Shown piece after piece: positions 37,820 to 51,803 of a stretch of DNA of 64,000 nucleotides. The notes beneath the pieces were generated by a model. The model was given only the letters and a program-made list of their open reading frames with translations. It made no database searches and had not been told where the DNA came from. The stretch lies in the NCBI GenBank assembly GCA_964016885.1, contig OZ024763.1, positions 3,658,001 through 3,722,000 on the forward strand. The letters are read 5' to 3'. The translations under genes and the position numbers were made by a program. Origin of the DNA: Eledone cirrhosa. Its lineage: Eukaryota. Numbering within the stretch: the stretch's first letter is position 1; each line of letters opens with the position of its first letter.

Positions 37820-38451
37820 ATGTAAAGTTATGTTGGTGCCACAACATCCAGGCCGAAACAAATGAGATGGTGTAGGTGTCATGACAAAAAAACACACAGT
37901 CCACGCTGTAATGTGGCCGTGTAGGCAACACGGTAAAAACCTCCCAGCCCCACACTGTAAATGTGGTTGGTGTTAGGAAGGGCATCCAGCTGTAGAAAAC
38001 CCGCCAGACAGTCCACGCTGTAATGTGGCCGTGTAGGCAACACGGTAAAAACCTCCCAGCCCCACACTGTAAATGTGGTTGGTGTTAGGAAAGGCATCCA
38101 GCTGTAGAAAACCCGCCAGACAGTCCACGCTGTAATGTGGCCGTGTAGGCAACACGGTAAAAACCTCCCAGCCCCACACTGTAAATGTGGTTGGTGTTAG
38201 GAAGGGCATCCAGCTGAAGAAAACCCGCCAGACAGTCCACGCTGTAATGTGGCCGTGTAGGCAACACGGTAAAAACCTCCCAGCCCCACACTGTAAATGT
38301 GGTTGGTGTTAGGAAGGGCATCCAGCTGTAGAAAACCTGCCAGACAGTCCTATGCGAGCAAGACAATCACTCTTGCCTCAAGTGGGAAAACCCCCGTCCA
38401 AACCCATGCAAGCGTGGAATCACGGACGTTAAACGATGATGATGATGATGA
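37820..38451 (+). mobile_element. SINE-like family B with 112-bp tandem array (~4 copies)
   Basis: reverse complement of 11530-12370. Confidence 0.8.
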
Positions 38452-38470
38452 TATATATACACACACACAT

Positions 38471-38813
38471 GGAGGCACATGGCTTAGTGGTTAGAGCATT
38501 GGCCTTGCAATCGAAAGGTTGTGAGTTCAATTCTCAGACCGGGTGATGTGTTGTTTCCTTGAGCAAGACACTTTATTTCACATTGCTCCAGTTTACTCAG
38601 CTGTAGAAATGAGATGATAGGGACTGGGGTCCATATCATTCCACTGCAAAGTGGTCGTGGAGGTGCCACGGCAAAAAAGCACCCAGCACTCACTGTAAAT
38701 GAGGTTGGTGTTAGGAAGGGCATCCAGCCGTAGAAATCAAGCCAGCATCAGTTCCCGTCCCACCCTTGCAAGCAGGGAAAAAGCGGACGTAAAATGAAAT
38801 GATGATGATGATG
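38471..38813 (+). mobile_element. tRNA-derived SINE family A, full length
   Basis: A box TGGCTTAGTGG, B box GAGTTCAATTC, CORE-like CCTTGAGCAAGACACTT, RTE-like tail ending GGACGTAAAAT(GAT)n. Confidence 0.88.
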
Positions 38814-39274
38814 ACACAGTGTGGCCCAAAAGTCACACAGGGGTTTTAGTTTTTATTAACTTCCTGAATTGTACAGATTGATGTATGAAATGTTGATACA
38901 ACTTAAAGGACATAATGGAAATTATTTTGTTCTTGTCAATCCTTGTCACACCTCTACATTACTACATCATCATCATCATCGTTTAACGTCCATGTTCCAC
39001 GCTTTCATGGGTTTGGATGGGAGTTTTCCCACTTGAGGCAAGAGTGGTTGTCTTGCTCGCATAGGACTGTCTGGCGGGTTTTCTACAGCTGGATGCCCTT
39101 CCTAACACCAACCACATTTACAGTATTAAATATTATAAAATAAAAGAATTATAAAGTTGTGACCCCTGTGTGATATTTTTTTTATTTTTTTAATTTTTTT
39201 TTTTAAAGGCCACCCTTAATATAATATATGTACATGTGGGTGTATGTATATATATATATATGACAGATACATAC

Positions 39275-40809
39275 CTGTTTATATAAAGCAGATAGAAAAC
39301 AATCGCAAAGACAAGCTGGTTGACAGATATCATGTGAGGGTTGCTCTGTTTCAGTTGTTGGTCTAGGATGGTCACAAGTAGAGAGAATGGCAGCGTGAGT
39401 ATGACAAGGGTGAAGGACTCAACGAGGAGCATGACGGTGATCTGTCGACCCTTCGTTCGATCCAATGACTGCGAAGTCCGCGTCGAATCGGAGAACTGTT
39501 TGAAACGCCGAGACTGCTTGATCTTGCCGATGATGATGATGTTGCTGATGATGATGACGAAGAACGAGGAGAAGAGGAAAAAGTTATGGACGGCGGGCCA
39601 GAGGTTCTCGTAGAACACACGGTAGGCGTCGTTTGGAATGTCGATGGTACACAGCTGCTCTGTACGACCCGAAGGAACCATATTGGAGGTGAACAAGAAA
39701 TGGCTGTCTTTGAGAATTATTAACCAGACAAGTGTGAACACGACCTTCTTGGCGCGCTTTGTCGTACACAAAGTTTGGGCTTTCATCGGAAATAAAATTG
39801 CGATTGCTTTATCGACAGTCATTCCTACAGTAAGGATTATCGCGTAGTCACTGCTTCCCCATCCGAAAAAATTGAAGAATTTACACATGATATGGGAGTC
39901 TTTTGATCTGTGGATGGACTCGGGGAAGTTCACGTAGAACCAGTGAGCAGGTAACGCTATTAAAAGACTTGCAGTGTCGGCTATTGTGCTGGATATCAGG
40001 TAGACAGATGTAGATACAGACGAGAACCAACGACCAAACATGACCTTCACCACCAAACAGTTACATACAGATCCTAGGATTATCAGAACTGGAGGTACAT
40101 ACAGGTTGATAACTTCTGCAGCCCTGTGTTCCCAATAGAGGTCAAGTGAGCTATCGTTGTTGTTGGTGGTGGTGGTGGTGGTGGTCTCATTTTTACTACC
40201 AATATTGTTGTTGTTGTTGTTGCCGCTGTTGCTGTTGTTGTCATTTTTACAACCATTGCTGCTGCTGTTGTTGTGACTACCATTACTGCTACTGTAGTTG
40301 CTGTTGCTGTTGTAGTTGCTGTTGTCGTTGTTGCTGTTGTTACTACCATTACTGCTACTGTAGTTACTGTTGCTGCTGTAGTTGCTGTTGCTGTTGTTAC
40401 TACCATTGCTGCTACTGTAGTTACTGTTGCTGTTGTAGTTGCTGTTGCTGTTGTTACTACCATTACTGCTACTGTAGTTACTGTTGCTGTTGTTACTACC
40501 ATTACTGCTACTGTAGTTACTGTTGCTGTTGTTGTTGTTGCTGTTGTTGTTACTACCATTACTGCTGCTACTGTAGTTGTTGTTATTGTTGCTTCCGTTA
40601 CTGCTGCTGCTGTTATTGTTGTTGTCACCCCTACTGTTGTTATTGTTGCTGTTGTTGTTGTTGTTGCTATTATTCCAACCATTGCCCGGAGATGAGAAAT
40701 AGTGAGTAATTTTTCCATAACTCTTGACCAAACCATCGAGTTGGTTGACAGAACTCACAGAATATATTTGGTAAACCAGGAAAACCAGGAAAACTCTCAG
40801 ACAAGACAT
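39275..40809 (-). CDS. Rhodopsin-family (class A) GPCR, FMRFamide-receptor-like/orphan lophotrochozoan type, coding exon 1
   Basis: ATG at 40809, hydrophobic signal-like MSCLRVFLVFLVYQIYS, Asn/Ser tract, TM1 VPPVLIILGSVCNCLVV, TM2 STSVYLISSTIADT, TM3 CK...MTVDKAIAILFP, TM6 RQITVMLL..SFTLVILTLP; donor ag|gtatgt. Confidence 0.9.
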
Positions 40810-40859
40810 CTTAAATCTCCACAAGATAAAAATAACAACTTGGGCATTTTTTACTTCTT

Positions 40860-40873
40860 TTGTATATGTATGT

Positions 40874-40917
<44 letters not shown>

Positions 40918-40956
40918 GTATGTGTGTATATATCTATGTCAGTGTCTATGTATAAA

Positions 40957-40995
<39 letters not shown>

Positions 40996-41009
40996 ATGTG
41001 TGTATTATG

Positions 41010-41046
<37 letters not shown>

Positions 41047-41335
41047 GTGTGTGTGTATATATCTATGTCAGTGTCTATGTATAAATATCTCTCTCTCTGT
41101 ATATGTGTGTATTATGTATACATATGTATATATATATATATATATATGTGTGTGTATATATATCTATGTCAGTGTCTATGTATAAATATCTCTCTCTCTC
41201 TGTATATGTGTGTATTATGTATACATATGTATATATATATGTATATATATATGTGTGTGTATATATATCTATGTCAGTGTCTATGTATAAATATCTCTCT
41301 CTCTCTCTCTCTGTATATGTGTGTATTATGTATAC

Positions 41336-41415
<80 letters not shown>

Positions 41416-41706
41416 ATATATATCTATGTCAGTGTCTATGTATAAATATTTCTCTCTCTCTCTGTATATGTGTGTATTATGTATACATATGTATATATAT
41501 GTATATATATATGTGTGTGTATATATATCTATGTCAGTGTCTATGTATAAATCTCTCTCTCTCTCTCTCTGTATATGTGTGTATTATGTATACATATGTA
41601 TATATATATGTATATATATATGTGTGTGTATATATATCTATGTCAGTGTCTATGTATAAATATCTCTCTCTCTCTCTCTCTGTATATGTGTGTATTATGT
41701 ATACAT

Positions 41707-41740
<34 letters not shown>

Positions 41741-41822
41741 ATATATATATCTATGTCAGTGTCTATGTATAAATATCTCTCTCTCTCTCTCTCTGTATAT
41801 GTGTGTATTATGTATACATATG

Positions 41823-41853
<31 letters not shown>

Positions 41854-42044
41854 ATATATATCTATGTCAGTGTCTATGTATAAATATCTCTCTCTCTCTC
41901 TCTCTGTATATGTGTGTATTATGTATACATATGTATATATATATGTATATATATATGTGTGTGTATATATATCTATGTCAGTGTCTATGTATAAATATCT
42001 CTCTCTCTCTCTCTCTGTATATGTGTGTATTATGTATACATATG

Positions 42045-42079
<35 letters not shown>

Positions 42080-43990
42080 ATATATATCTATGTCAGTGTC
42101 TATGTATAAATATCTCTCTCTCTCTGTATATGTGTATTATGTATACATGTGTATATATATGTGTGTGTGTATATTATGTATAACTATGTTATATTATGTG
42201 TATGTATATTATATATGTATGTATATTATATATGTATGTATATTATATATGTATGTATATTATATATGTATGTATATTATATATGTATGTATATTATATA
42301 TGTATATTATGTATGTATATTATGTATGTATATTATATTTGTATGTATATTATGTATGTATATTATATATGTATGTATATTGTATATGTATGTATGTATC
42401 TATATTGTATATTGTATTTATGTATATTGCATATATGTATATTGTATATATATATGTATATTGTATATATATATGTATATTGTATATATATATGTATATT
42501 GTATATATATATGTATATTGTATATATATGTATATTGTATATATATATGTATATTGTATATATATGTATATTGTATATATATATATGTATATTGTATATA
42601 TATATATGTATATTGTATATATATATATATATATATGTATATTGTATATATATTGTATATTGTATATATATATATATGTATATTGTATATATATATATGT
42701 ATATTGTATATATATATGTATATTGTATGTATGTATATTGTATATTGTATGTATGTATATTGTATATATGTATGTATATTGTATATATATTTGTATATTG
42801 TATATATATTTGTATATTGTATATATATATGTATATTGTATATATATATGTATATTGTATATTGTATATTATATATGTATATTGTATATATATATATGTA
42901 TATTGTATATATATATATGTATATTGTATATATATATGTATATTGTATATATATATGTATATTGTATATATATATGTATATTGTATATTGTATTTTGTAT
43001 ATATGTATATTGTATATTATATATGTATATTGTATATTGTATATATATGTATATTGTATATTGTATATATATATATATGTATATGTATATTGTATATATA
43101 TTGTATATATATATGTATATTGTATATATATATGTATATTGTATGTTTGTATATTGTATGTATGTATATTGTATATATATTTGTATATTGTATATATATA
43201 TGTATATTGTATATATATATGTATATTGTATATATATATGTATATTGTATATTCTATATGTATATTGTATATATATGTATATTGTATATTATATATGTAT
43301 ATTGTATATTATATATGTATATTGTATATGTATATTGTATATATATATGTATATTGTATATATATATGTATATTGTATATGTATATTGTATATATATATG
43401 TATATTGTATATATATATGTATATTGTATATATATATGTATATTGTATATATGTATATTGTATATTATATATGTATATTGTATATATATATGTATATTGT
43501 ATATATATATGTATATTGTATATTGTATATATATATGTATATTGTATATTGTATATATATATGTATATTGTATATATATATGTATATTGTATATATATAT
43601 GTATATTGTATATATATATGTATATTGTATATATATATATATGTATATTGTATATTGTATATATGTGTATATTGTATATATGTGTATATTGTATATATAT
43701 GTATATTGTATATATATATATATATGTATATTGTATATATATGTATATTGTATATATGTATATTATATATATATATATGTATATTATATATATATATATA
43801 TATGTATATATTATATATATATATGTTAACAGTGTTGGCCACTATCAATAAAGGTGTCGAGCCATGAGAATGAAACTTATAGCAGTTTCTAATGAAACTA
43901 TTCCATAAATAACATATCTGTATATGTATATATATGTTTGTGTATATATATATATATGTATTTATGTGTGTCTGTCTTTGTGTATGTATG

Positions 43991-44026
<36 letters not shown>

Positions 44027-44178
44027 AATGTGTGTGTGTTTGTATGTATATATGTGAGTGAGCATATATATATGTGTGTGTGTGTGTTTATGTATGTTTA
44101 TATGTGTGTGTATATATATATATGTAATTGTATATATGTGACTGGGCATATATGTGTGTGTGTTTATGTATGTTTATA

Positions 44179-44220
<42 letters not shown>

Positions 44221-44420
44221 ATTGTATATATGTGAGTGTGCATATATATGTGTTTATGTATGTTTATATGTGTGTGTATATATATATATATATAATTGTA
44301 TATATGTGAGTGTGCATATATATATGTGTGTTTATGTATGTTTATATATATATGTGTGTTTATGTATGTTTATATTATATATATATGTATATATATATAT
44401 TTCTTTGTATATATATCAAT
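40860..44420. repeat. compound microsatellite field (~120-bp higher-order unit, then TATATTG/(TA)n)
   Basis: ATCTATGTCAGTGTCTATGTATAAATAT(CT)n..(TA)n(TG)n repeated ~11 times to ~42150. Confidence 0.95.
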
Positions 44421-44624
44421 ATAATGTCTATGCATGGCGGAGAGAGACAGAAGATAATGTATGATGGCTGTATGGTGACAGATGTAGGAATATGTAAGAC
44501 AGGATGTTGTGGGTTTGTCTTTCTAACTAAATCGACAACATCCTTCCTGGCTTCTATTGGACTTAAAAGAATAGCAGAGAAGTCATTCACTTTCTCTGGG
44601 AGAGAAACAGAGAGATATTGTGTG

Positions 44625-45450
44625 GTGCTAACAATAGGAGACAGGATAAATGTGGTGCTGGGGTTTTATATCCTACCTTCCTGCCTTCTAACAATAGGGG
44701 CAGGATGATTGTGGGCCTAGGGTTTTATATCCTACCTTGCTGGCTTCTAACAATAGGGGACAGGATGATTGTGGGCCTAGGGTTTTATATCCTACCTTGC
44801 TGGCTTCTAACAATAGGGGACAGGATGATTGTGGGCCTAGGGTTTTATATCCTACCTTCCTGCCTTCTAACAATAGGGGACAGGATGATTGTGGGCCTAG
44901 GGTTTTATATCCTATCTTCCTGGCTTCTAACAATAGGGGACAGGATGATTGTGGGCCTAGGGTTTTATATCCTAACTTCCTGGCTTCTAACAATAGGGGA
45001 CAGGATGATTGTGGGCCTAGGGTTTTATATCCTAACTTCCTGGCTTCTAACAATAGGGGACAGGTTGATTGTGGGCCTAGGGTTTTATATCCTAACTTCC
45101 TGGCTTCTAACAATAGGGGACAGGTTGATTGTGGGCCTAGGGTTTTATATCCTAACTTCCTGGCTTCTAACAATAGGGGACAGGTTGATTGTGGGCCTAG
45201 GGTTTTATATCCTAACTTCCTGGCTTCTAACAATAGGGGACAGGATGATTGTTGGCCTAGGGTTTTATATCCTAACTTCCTGGCTTCTAATAATAGGGGA
45301 CAGGATGATTGTGGGCCTACGGTTCTATTTCCTGGCTTCTAACAATAGGAGACAGGATAGTTGTGGTGCTGGGGTTTTATATCCTACCTTCCTGGCTTCT
45401 AACAATAGGGGACAGGATAGTTGTGGTGCTAGGGTACTATATCCTACACT
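44625..45450. repeat. 60-bp minisatellite (~13 copies)
   Basis: CAGGATGATTGTGGGCCTAGGGTTTTATATCCTAACTTCCTGGCTTCTAACAATAGGGGA. Confidence 0.97.
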
Positions 45451-45759
45451 CAGGTGCCAAATAATAGAGGGGTGGTTGGAATAAGTGGGGAGTGGTAGAT
45501 GTAGAGAGAGAGGGTGAAGGTGGGAGGTAAAATCCCTGGATGTTTTCTAGTAATATAAAATCCTGTTAGCCTCTTTCTGGAGGAAATGATACAGTCGGTA
45601 TGTCATGTAAGGTATGTGATGAAACTTATAACCTCCAGTTCACAGCTGGTGAAAGGAAAGGAAAGGAATTTCTCACAGGGTAAACTATATGTGAAGAGAA
45701 AAGAAAATTTTTTTTAAAAACATACAAATCTATATACATATATGTCGCCCTAAATCATA

Positions 45760-46119
45760 GCTTAGTGGTTAGAGCATTGGCCTTGCAATCGAAAGGTTGT
45801 GAGTTCAATTCTCAGACCGGGTGATGTGTTGTTTCCTTGAGCAAGACACTTTATTTCACATTGCTCCAGTTTACTCAGCTGTAGAAATGAGTTGATCGGG
45901 ACCATCATTCGACTGCAAAGTGGGCGTGGAGGTACCACGGCAAAAAAACACCCAGCCCACACTGTAAAGTGGACATGTAGGCGCCACGGAAAAAAAGCAC
46001 CCAGCACTCACTGTAAATGAGGTTGGTGTTAGGAAGGGCACCCAGCTGTAGAAATCAAGCCAGAATCAGTTCCCGTTCCACCCTTGCAAGCAGGGAAAAG
46101 TGGACGTAAAATGATGATG
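45760..46119 (+). mobile_element. SINE family A copy
   Basis: matches family A with an internal subrepeat. Confidence 0.83.
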
Positions 46120-46253
46120 ATAGATATGTTTCTTTATTAACCACAGGGGCACAAAAGAAGGGGACAAATACAAAGGGGGAAGTTTACATACGATAAAAAC
46201 GTGTAAAATGATAGATAGATAGATAGATATATATGTGTGTGTGTGTGTATGTG

Positions 46254-46286
<33 letters not shown>

Positions 46287-47729
46287 TGTATGTCCAGTTT
46301 AGAATAGGGGGTAAACTCTCTCTCTGTCCTATGAGGTGACTAAAAGGACATCTGACCGTAAAAAATTGACTGAACAATCACCTCATGTCGAGTATGAAGC
46401 TTGTCTTAAGGTTTGCAAGTCATTCTTAATTTTTCAGGCTAACCCTTGTTTCAGCAGAGTAACTCTTGTTTAGCAGGCTAACCCTTATTTAGCAGATTAA
46501 CCCTTGTTTCAGCAGAGTAACCCTTGTTTAGCAGGCTAACCCTTGTTTTAGCAGGCTAACCCTTGTTTAGCAGAGTAACCCTTACTTTAGCAGGCTTAAA
46601 TGACCCTACATTCCAAGTAGTGAGGTGCAGGAGAAGGGTTATATTCATGAATCCTTCCAAATTCTTGATTATTTTCAAAATTCTATGCAAACGATGGGTA
46701 TCAATCCTGCAACAGAAAAAAAAAAAATAGAAGCCAAACACAATGATGATGATGGTGGTGATGATGGTGATGGTGAGGGTGAGGGTGAGGGTGAGGATGA
46801 TGTAGTGGTAGTGGATCCACTACTACTACCAACACCACCACTAGATCCACGCCTTCCACTACCACCACTAAGCTACAACCACAACAACAACACCACCAAG
46901 TTTTATTGTCACACAGTTCCAAACAATGGACAACAGAAATTATGGCTGTTTGTAAAGAATGATTTATATATATATTTATATATATATATATATATACACA
47001 TACATTTTTATATATCTATATATATACATACATTTAGATATATCTATATATATACATACATTTAGATATATAACCCATGCTAGCGTGGAAAATGGGCGTT
47101 TGTTGTTGTTGATGATGTTGCTGCTGCTGTTGTTGATGATGATGATGCGATTCATTTGCACTTATGCAAATATATATATATTATGTTGTATAATCCCCTC
47201 CTTCCTTCACACCCTCTCTCTATCCCTCCCTTCCTTCACAGCCTCTCTCTATCCCTCCCTTCCTTCACACCCTCTCTCTATCCCTCCCTTCCTCCCTCTC
47301 CAACAACGTACTTCAAATAAATGTGATTTACTGTGGCACAACTGAGATTCAGTTGTGGGAATTGGATTTGATTAAAGAATTTCTTGACAACACACAGAGA
47401 CTAGTGTGTGTATGTGTCGTCGTATGTGTGTGTGTGTAGTGTTGTGTGTGTGTGTGTGTGTTTGATTCAGTATGTGTGTGTATGAGAGAGAGAGTGTGTA
47501 ATATAAGAGGCTAGAGAAGGAGTAGGGTGGGAGGGAAGGGCGGGGTGAGAAGACAGCTGATCAAATAAAGACATTTATGGAGAGTCTTTGAGAAATATGG
47601 ACTTTATATTAACCAAAGCTGTTGACTTAGGAAACACGGAAACCATTTTGAAATGTGTTTATAATACAAAAAATAATGAAAATTATTGTGTACTGTGTAT
47701 GACACACACACACACACACACACACACAC

Positions 47730-48105
47730 TGAAAATTATTGTTTACAGTGCTCAGGTGCACTTCAACTCATCAAAGGTGCATGTATAGCACGTAGAATAT
47801 TGTATAAATGTCAGTCAGGAAAGTCAGCAGTGTATGAGTCATGATATACATGTATGCGTGTGTATGTAGGGGGGATATTAGGTGTAGTGTTGGCGAGTCT
47901 CAGGAAACATGGAGGTTTTAAAGGATGCAGTGCCTCGACAGCTAACAACTGATGCAGGGAGTTTGTTTGTTCCATGGAGGTTTTAAAGGATGCAGTGTCT
48001 CGACAGCTAACAACTGATGCAGGCAGTTTGTTCCATGCTTCAGCAACTCTGAGTGTGAAAAAATGTTTCCGAAAGTCATGGGAGCTGTGTTGTTTTCTGA
48101 TTTTG
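47730..48105 (-). mobile_element. CR1 3' fragment (others at ~15330-15612 + and 63338-63595 -)
   Basis: reverse complement matches 59510-59810. Confidence 0.85.
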
Positions 48106-48324
48106 CAAGCATGACATCATGTGTCTCAATGTAAATAATCATTTTAATATTTTAATAGGTGAGAAAATTAACAGACGGTGATCTCTGACTTGCACTCGAT
48201 AGGTTTGATGCGAAGTGCGAAAACTGAGACACTCGTCCTCTCAAAGAAGCCTGCGCACTGCATGTTACATGCGAAAGGGGCCGTGTTCAGGGTGATGGAA
48301 GGCTGGAGGCTGAATTAAGAATAT

Positions 48325-48690
48325 AAGCGGCTGAAATGGGATTCCTTCGAAGGTTCTTTTGAGTAATGTTACTCGATAGAGTGCATAGCCCATTGATCAG
48401 AGAGTCATTCGAGGTAGAGCCACTACTACAAATTGAGAGATCACAGCTCTGATATTATGGCCATGTGGTTAGAATGTCTCAGGAAAGAATCACTGGACAG
48501 ATTTTATGGACAAAACCAACTGGCAGGAGACCCAGGGGTAGACTCTGAGCAAGATGGTTGGATAACATCCATGAGCTTGGCTGGTCTTGTTTGGGGATCC
48601 AGCCAGATCAGTTGGTGACAGTTGCTTCTGTCAGGAGCCGCTGGAGGAAGTGTTTGAGGACTCTGGCGCCACAACCCTCTCAGAAATAAG
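48325..48690 (+). mobile_element. RTE LINE 3' fragment (related minus copy ~13670-13830)
   Basis: AAEMGFLRR...IERSQL*YYGHVVRM...PTGRRPRGR..RWLD with stops. Confidence 0.78.
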
Positions 48691-49005
48691 CCGCAATGAT
48701 AATGGTAGTGGAGGTGATGATGATGGTAATGGTAGTGGTGATGATGATTATGGTGATGTTAGAGGTGATGATGATTATGGTGATGTTAGAGGTGATGAAA
48801 TGTCAAGTTATTATCTCAACATTCAGATAACTTTCATCTTTGATTTCCTGCAGTTTTATATTCTAGACATGGACACTAGTGCTGGTGTGGTGGTGTGGTG
48901 GTGTGGTGGTGGTGGTGGTGGTGGTGGTGGTGGTGCTACTGTTGCTGCTGCTCTCTTTCTCACACACTCATTCTTTCAATCTCTCTCTCTCTATATATAT
49001 ATATT

Positions 49006-49044
<39 letters not shown>

Positions 49045-49234
49045 ATATATTTATATATTTATATTTATATATATATTTATATATTTATATATTTATATTT
49101 ATATATATATATTTATATATATACATATATATATTTATATATATATATACATATATTTATATATATATATATTTATATATATACATATATTTATATATAT
49201 ATATACAATATTTATATATATATATACATATATT

Positions 49235-49270
<36 letters not shown>

Positions 49271-49739
49271 CATATATATATACATATATATATTTATATA
49301 TATACATATATATTTTTATATATATACATATATATTTTTATATATATATATATTTATATATATACATATATATATTTATATATATACATATATATATTTA
49401 TATATATACATATATATATTTATATATATACATATATATATTTATATATATATACATATATATATTTATATATATATACATATATATATTTATATATATA
49501 TACATATATATATTTATATATATACATATATATATTTATATATATACATATATATATATTTATATATATACATATATATATATTTATATATATACATATA
49601 TATATATTTATATATATACACATATATATTTATATATATACACATATATATTTATATATATACATATATATATTTATATATATATATATATATTTATATA
49701 TATTTATATATATACATATATATTTATATATATAAATAT

Positions 49740-49866
49740 ATCATCATCATCATCATCATTTTACGTCCGCCCTTCCCTGCTTGCAAGGGTGGGACGGGTT
49801 TTATTCAGCACAGCATCTCTCCACTCGTCATGGTCCCTCGTCATCTCCACCGTGAGCTTCAATGAT
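49740..49866 (-). mobile_element. RTE LINE extreme 3' end with (ATG)n tail
   Basis: [28 protein letters not shown] resembles the end of the 50388 ORF; tail shared with SINEs. Confidence 0.7.
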
Positions 49867-49886
49867 CGGTGATGATGATCATAATC

Positions 49887-49985
<99 letters not shown>

Positions 49986-50207
49986 AATATATATATAAAT
50001 ATATATATATATATAAATATATATATAAATATAAATATATAAATAAATATAAATATATAAATATAAATATATATTTATATATATACATATATATTTATAT
50101 ATTTACATTTATAATTATATATTTTGATATTTATATATATATATATATTTATATATATATTTATATATATATATTTATATATATATATATTTATATATAT
50201 ATATATT

Positions 50208-50262
<55 letters not shown>

Positions 50263-50295
50263 GTATAATATATATATATATATATTTATGTATAA

Positions 50296-50328
<33 letters not shown>

Positions 50329-50372
50329 AATATATATTTATATATATATTTATATATATATATATATTTATA

Positions 50373-51803
50373 TATAGAGGTATAAAGTTGATGGACCAGG
50401 TCATGAAAGTAACAGAAAGAGTTATAGCACAGCTGATTAGGGACCGGGTGAATATAGACGAGATGCAATTTGGGTTTGTTCCAGGGAAAGGCACCACTGA
50501 TGCGCTCTTCCTTGTGAGGCAATTACAGGAAAAGTACCTAGCTAAAAGTAAGCCACTCTACTTGGTATTTGTCGACCTTGAGAAAGCCTTTGACAGAGTT
50601 CCACGTGCAGTAATCTGGTGGGCTCTTAGAAAACTAGGAGTAGATGAATGGCTTGTGAAAGCGGTACAAGCCATGTATAGGGGAGCAGTCAGCAAAGTTA
50701 GGATTGGCAATGAGTATAGCGAGGAATTTAGCGTACAGGTTGGGGTCCACCAGGGCTCTGTTCTTAGCCCTCTCCTGTTCATCATAGTCCTGCAGGCAAT
50801 AACGGAGGAGTTTAAGACCGGATGCCCATGGGAACTCCTGTATGCTGATGACCTCGCACTCATAGCTGAATCTATGGTAGAACTAGAGAATAAATTCCAA
50901 ACCTGGAAGCAGGGACTAGAGAGAAAGGGCCTCAAAGTCAACATGACAAAGACTAAGGTCCTTATAAGTAGACGAGAAAACAGAACCCAGATCCCCTCAG
51001 GGAAATGGCCTTGCTCAGTATGTAGGAAAGGTGTAGGTAGGAACTCCATTCTTTGCCCCAAATGCAAACAATGGGTACACAAGAGATGTAGCGGGATCTC
51101 AGGAAGCTTAATTAAGAATGTAGGATTCACATGCAGCAGCTGTGCTGAAACAGCAAGCAAACAGCCACAGGAAACAAGTACCACCAATCTCTGGGAGGGC
51201 CCTGTAGAAACAGTAGACAGCTTCTGCTACCTAGGTGACCGAATTAGCAACGGAGGTGGGTGCTCAGAAAGTACAATAACTAGGGTAAGAACGGGATGGA
51301 AGAAGTTTAGGGAACTACTACCACTGCTAGCTGCAAAAGGCTTCTCCCTCAGAATGAAAGGCAGACTGTATGATGCGTGTATCCGAACAGCGATGTTGCA
51401 TGGTAGTGAGACCTGGGCGCTGAAGGTGGAAGACTTACGTAGATTAGAGAGAAACGAAGCCTGCATGCTCCGATGGATGTGTAACAGTAATATACGTGAA
51501 CGACAAAGCATAAATGAATTGAGAGAGAGACTGAGCATAAGAGGAATCAAATGCTGCGTGCAGGAGAGGCGGTTACGCTGGTATGGACATGTGATGCGTA
51601 TGAAGGATGACAGCTGCATAAAAAGGTGCAGAGCACTAGAAGTTGATGGAAACCGCGGAGTGGGGAGACCCAAGATGACTTGGGATGAGGTGATAAAAGC
51701 CGACCTTACCCAACTACACCTCTCAAAGTCAATGACACACGACCGTGACTTCTGGCGTCACGCAGTAATACAGGGTACCCGACCTCCCATGGGTACATGC
51801 TGA
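50373..51803 (+). mobile_element. RTE-clade LINE, 5'-truncated, uninterrupted reverse transcriptase ORF
   Basis: QFGFVPGKGTTDA, FVDLEKAFDRV, GVHQGSVLSPLLF, LLYADD, FCYLG, RRLRWYGHVMR, GRPKMTW. Confidence 0.95.

Noticed and set aside
38471-38545. tRNA gene
   Set aside because: A and B boxes belong to a multi-copy SINE head; no full cloverleaf
38660-38740. Twister or HDV-like ribozyme in the SINE segment GGTGTTAGGAAGGGCATCC
   Set aside because: Could not build the required pseudoknots or conserved core by eye
40702-43867. Tyr/Ile/Cys-rich ORFs up to 908 aa (similar ones at 48.9-50.4, 52.0-52.9 and 55.2-56.1 kb)
   Set aside because: Translations of (TA)n/(TG)n microsatellites
44430-44595. Minus-strand coding exon upstream of the GPCR
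   Set aside because: Acceptor-like site present but no recognisable peptide or clear donor; at most a 5' UTR exon
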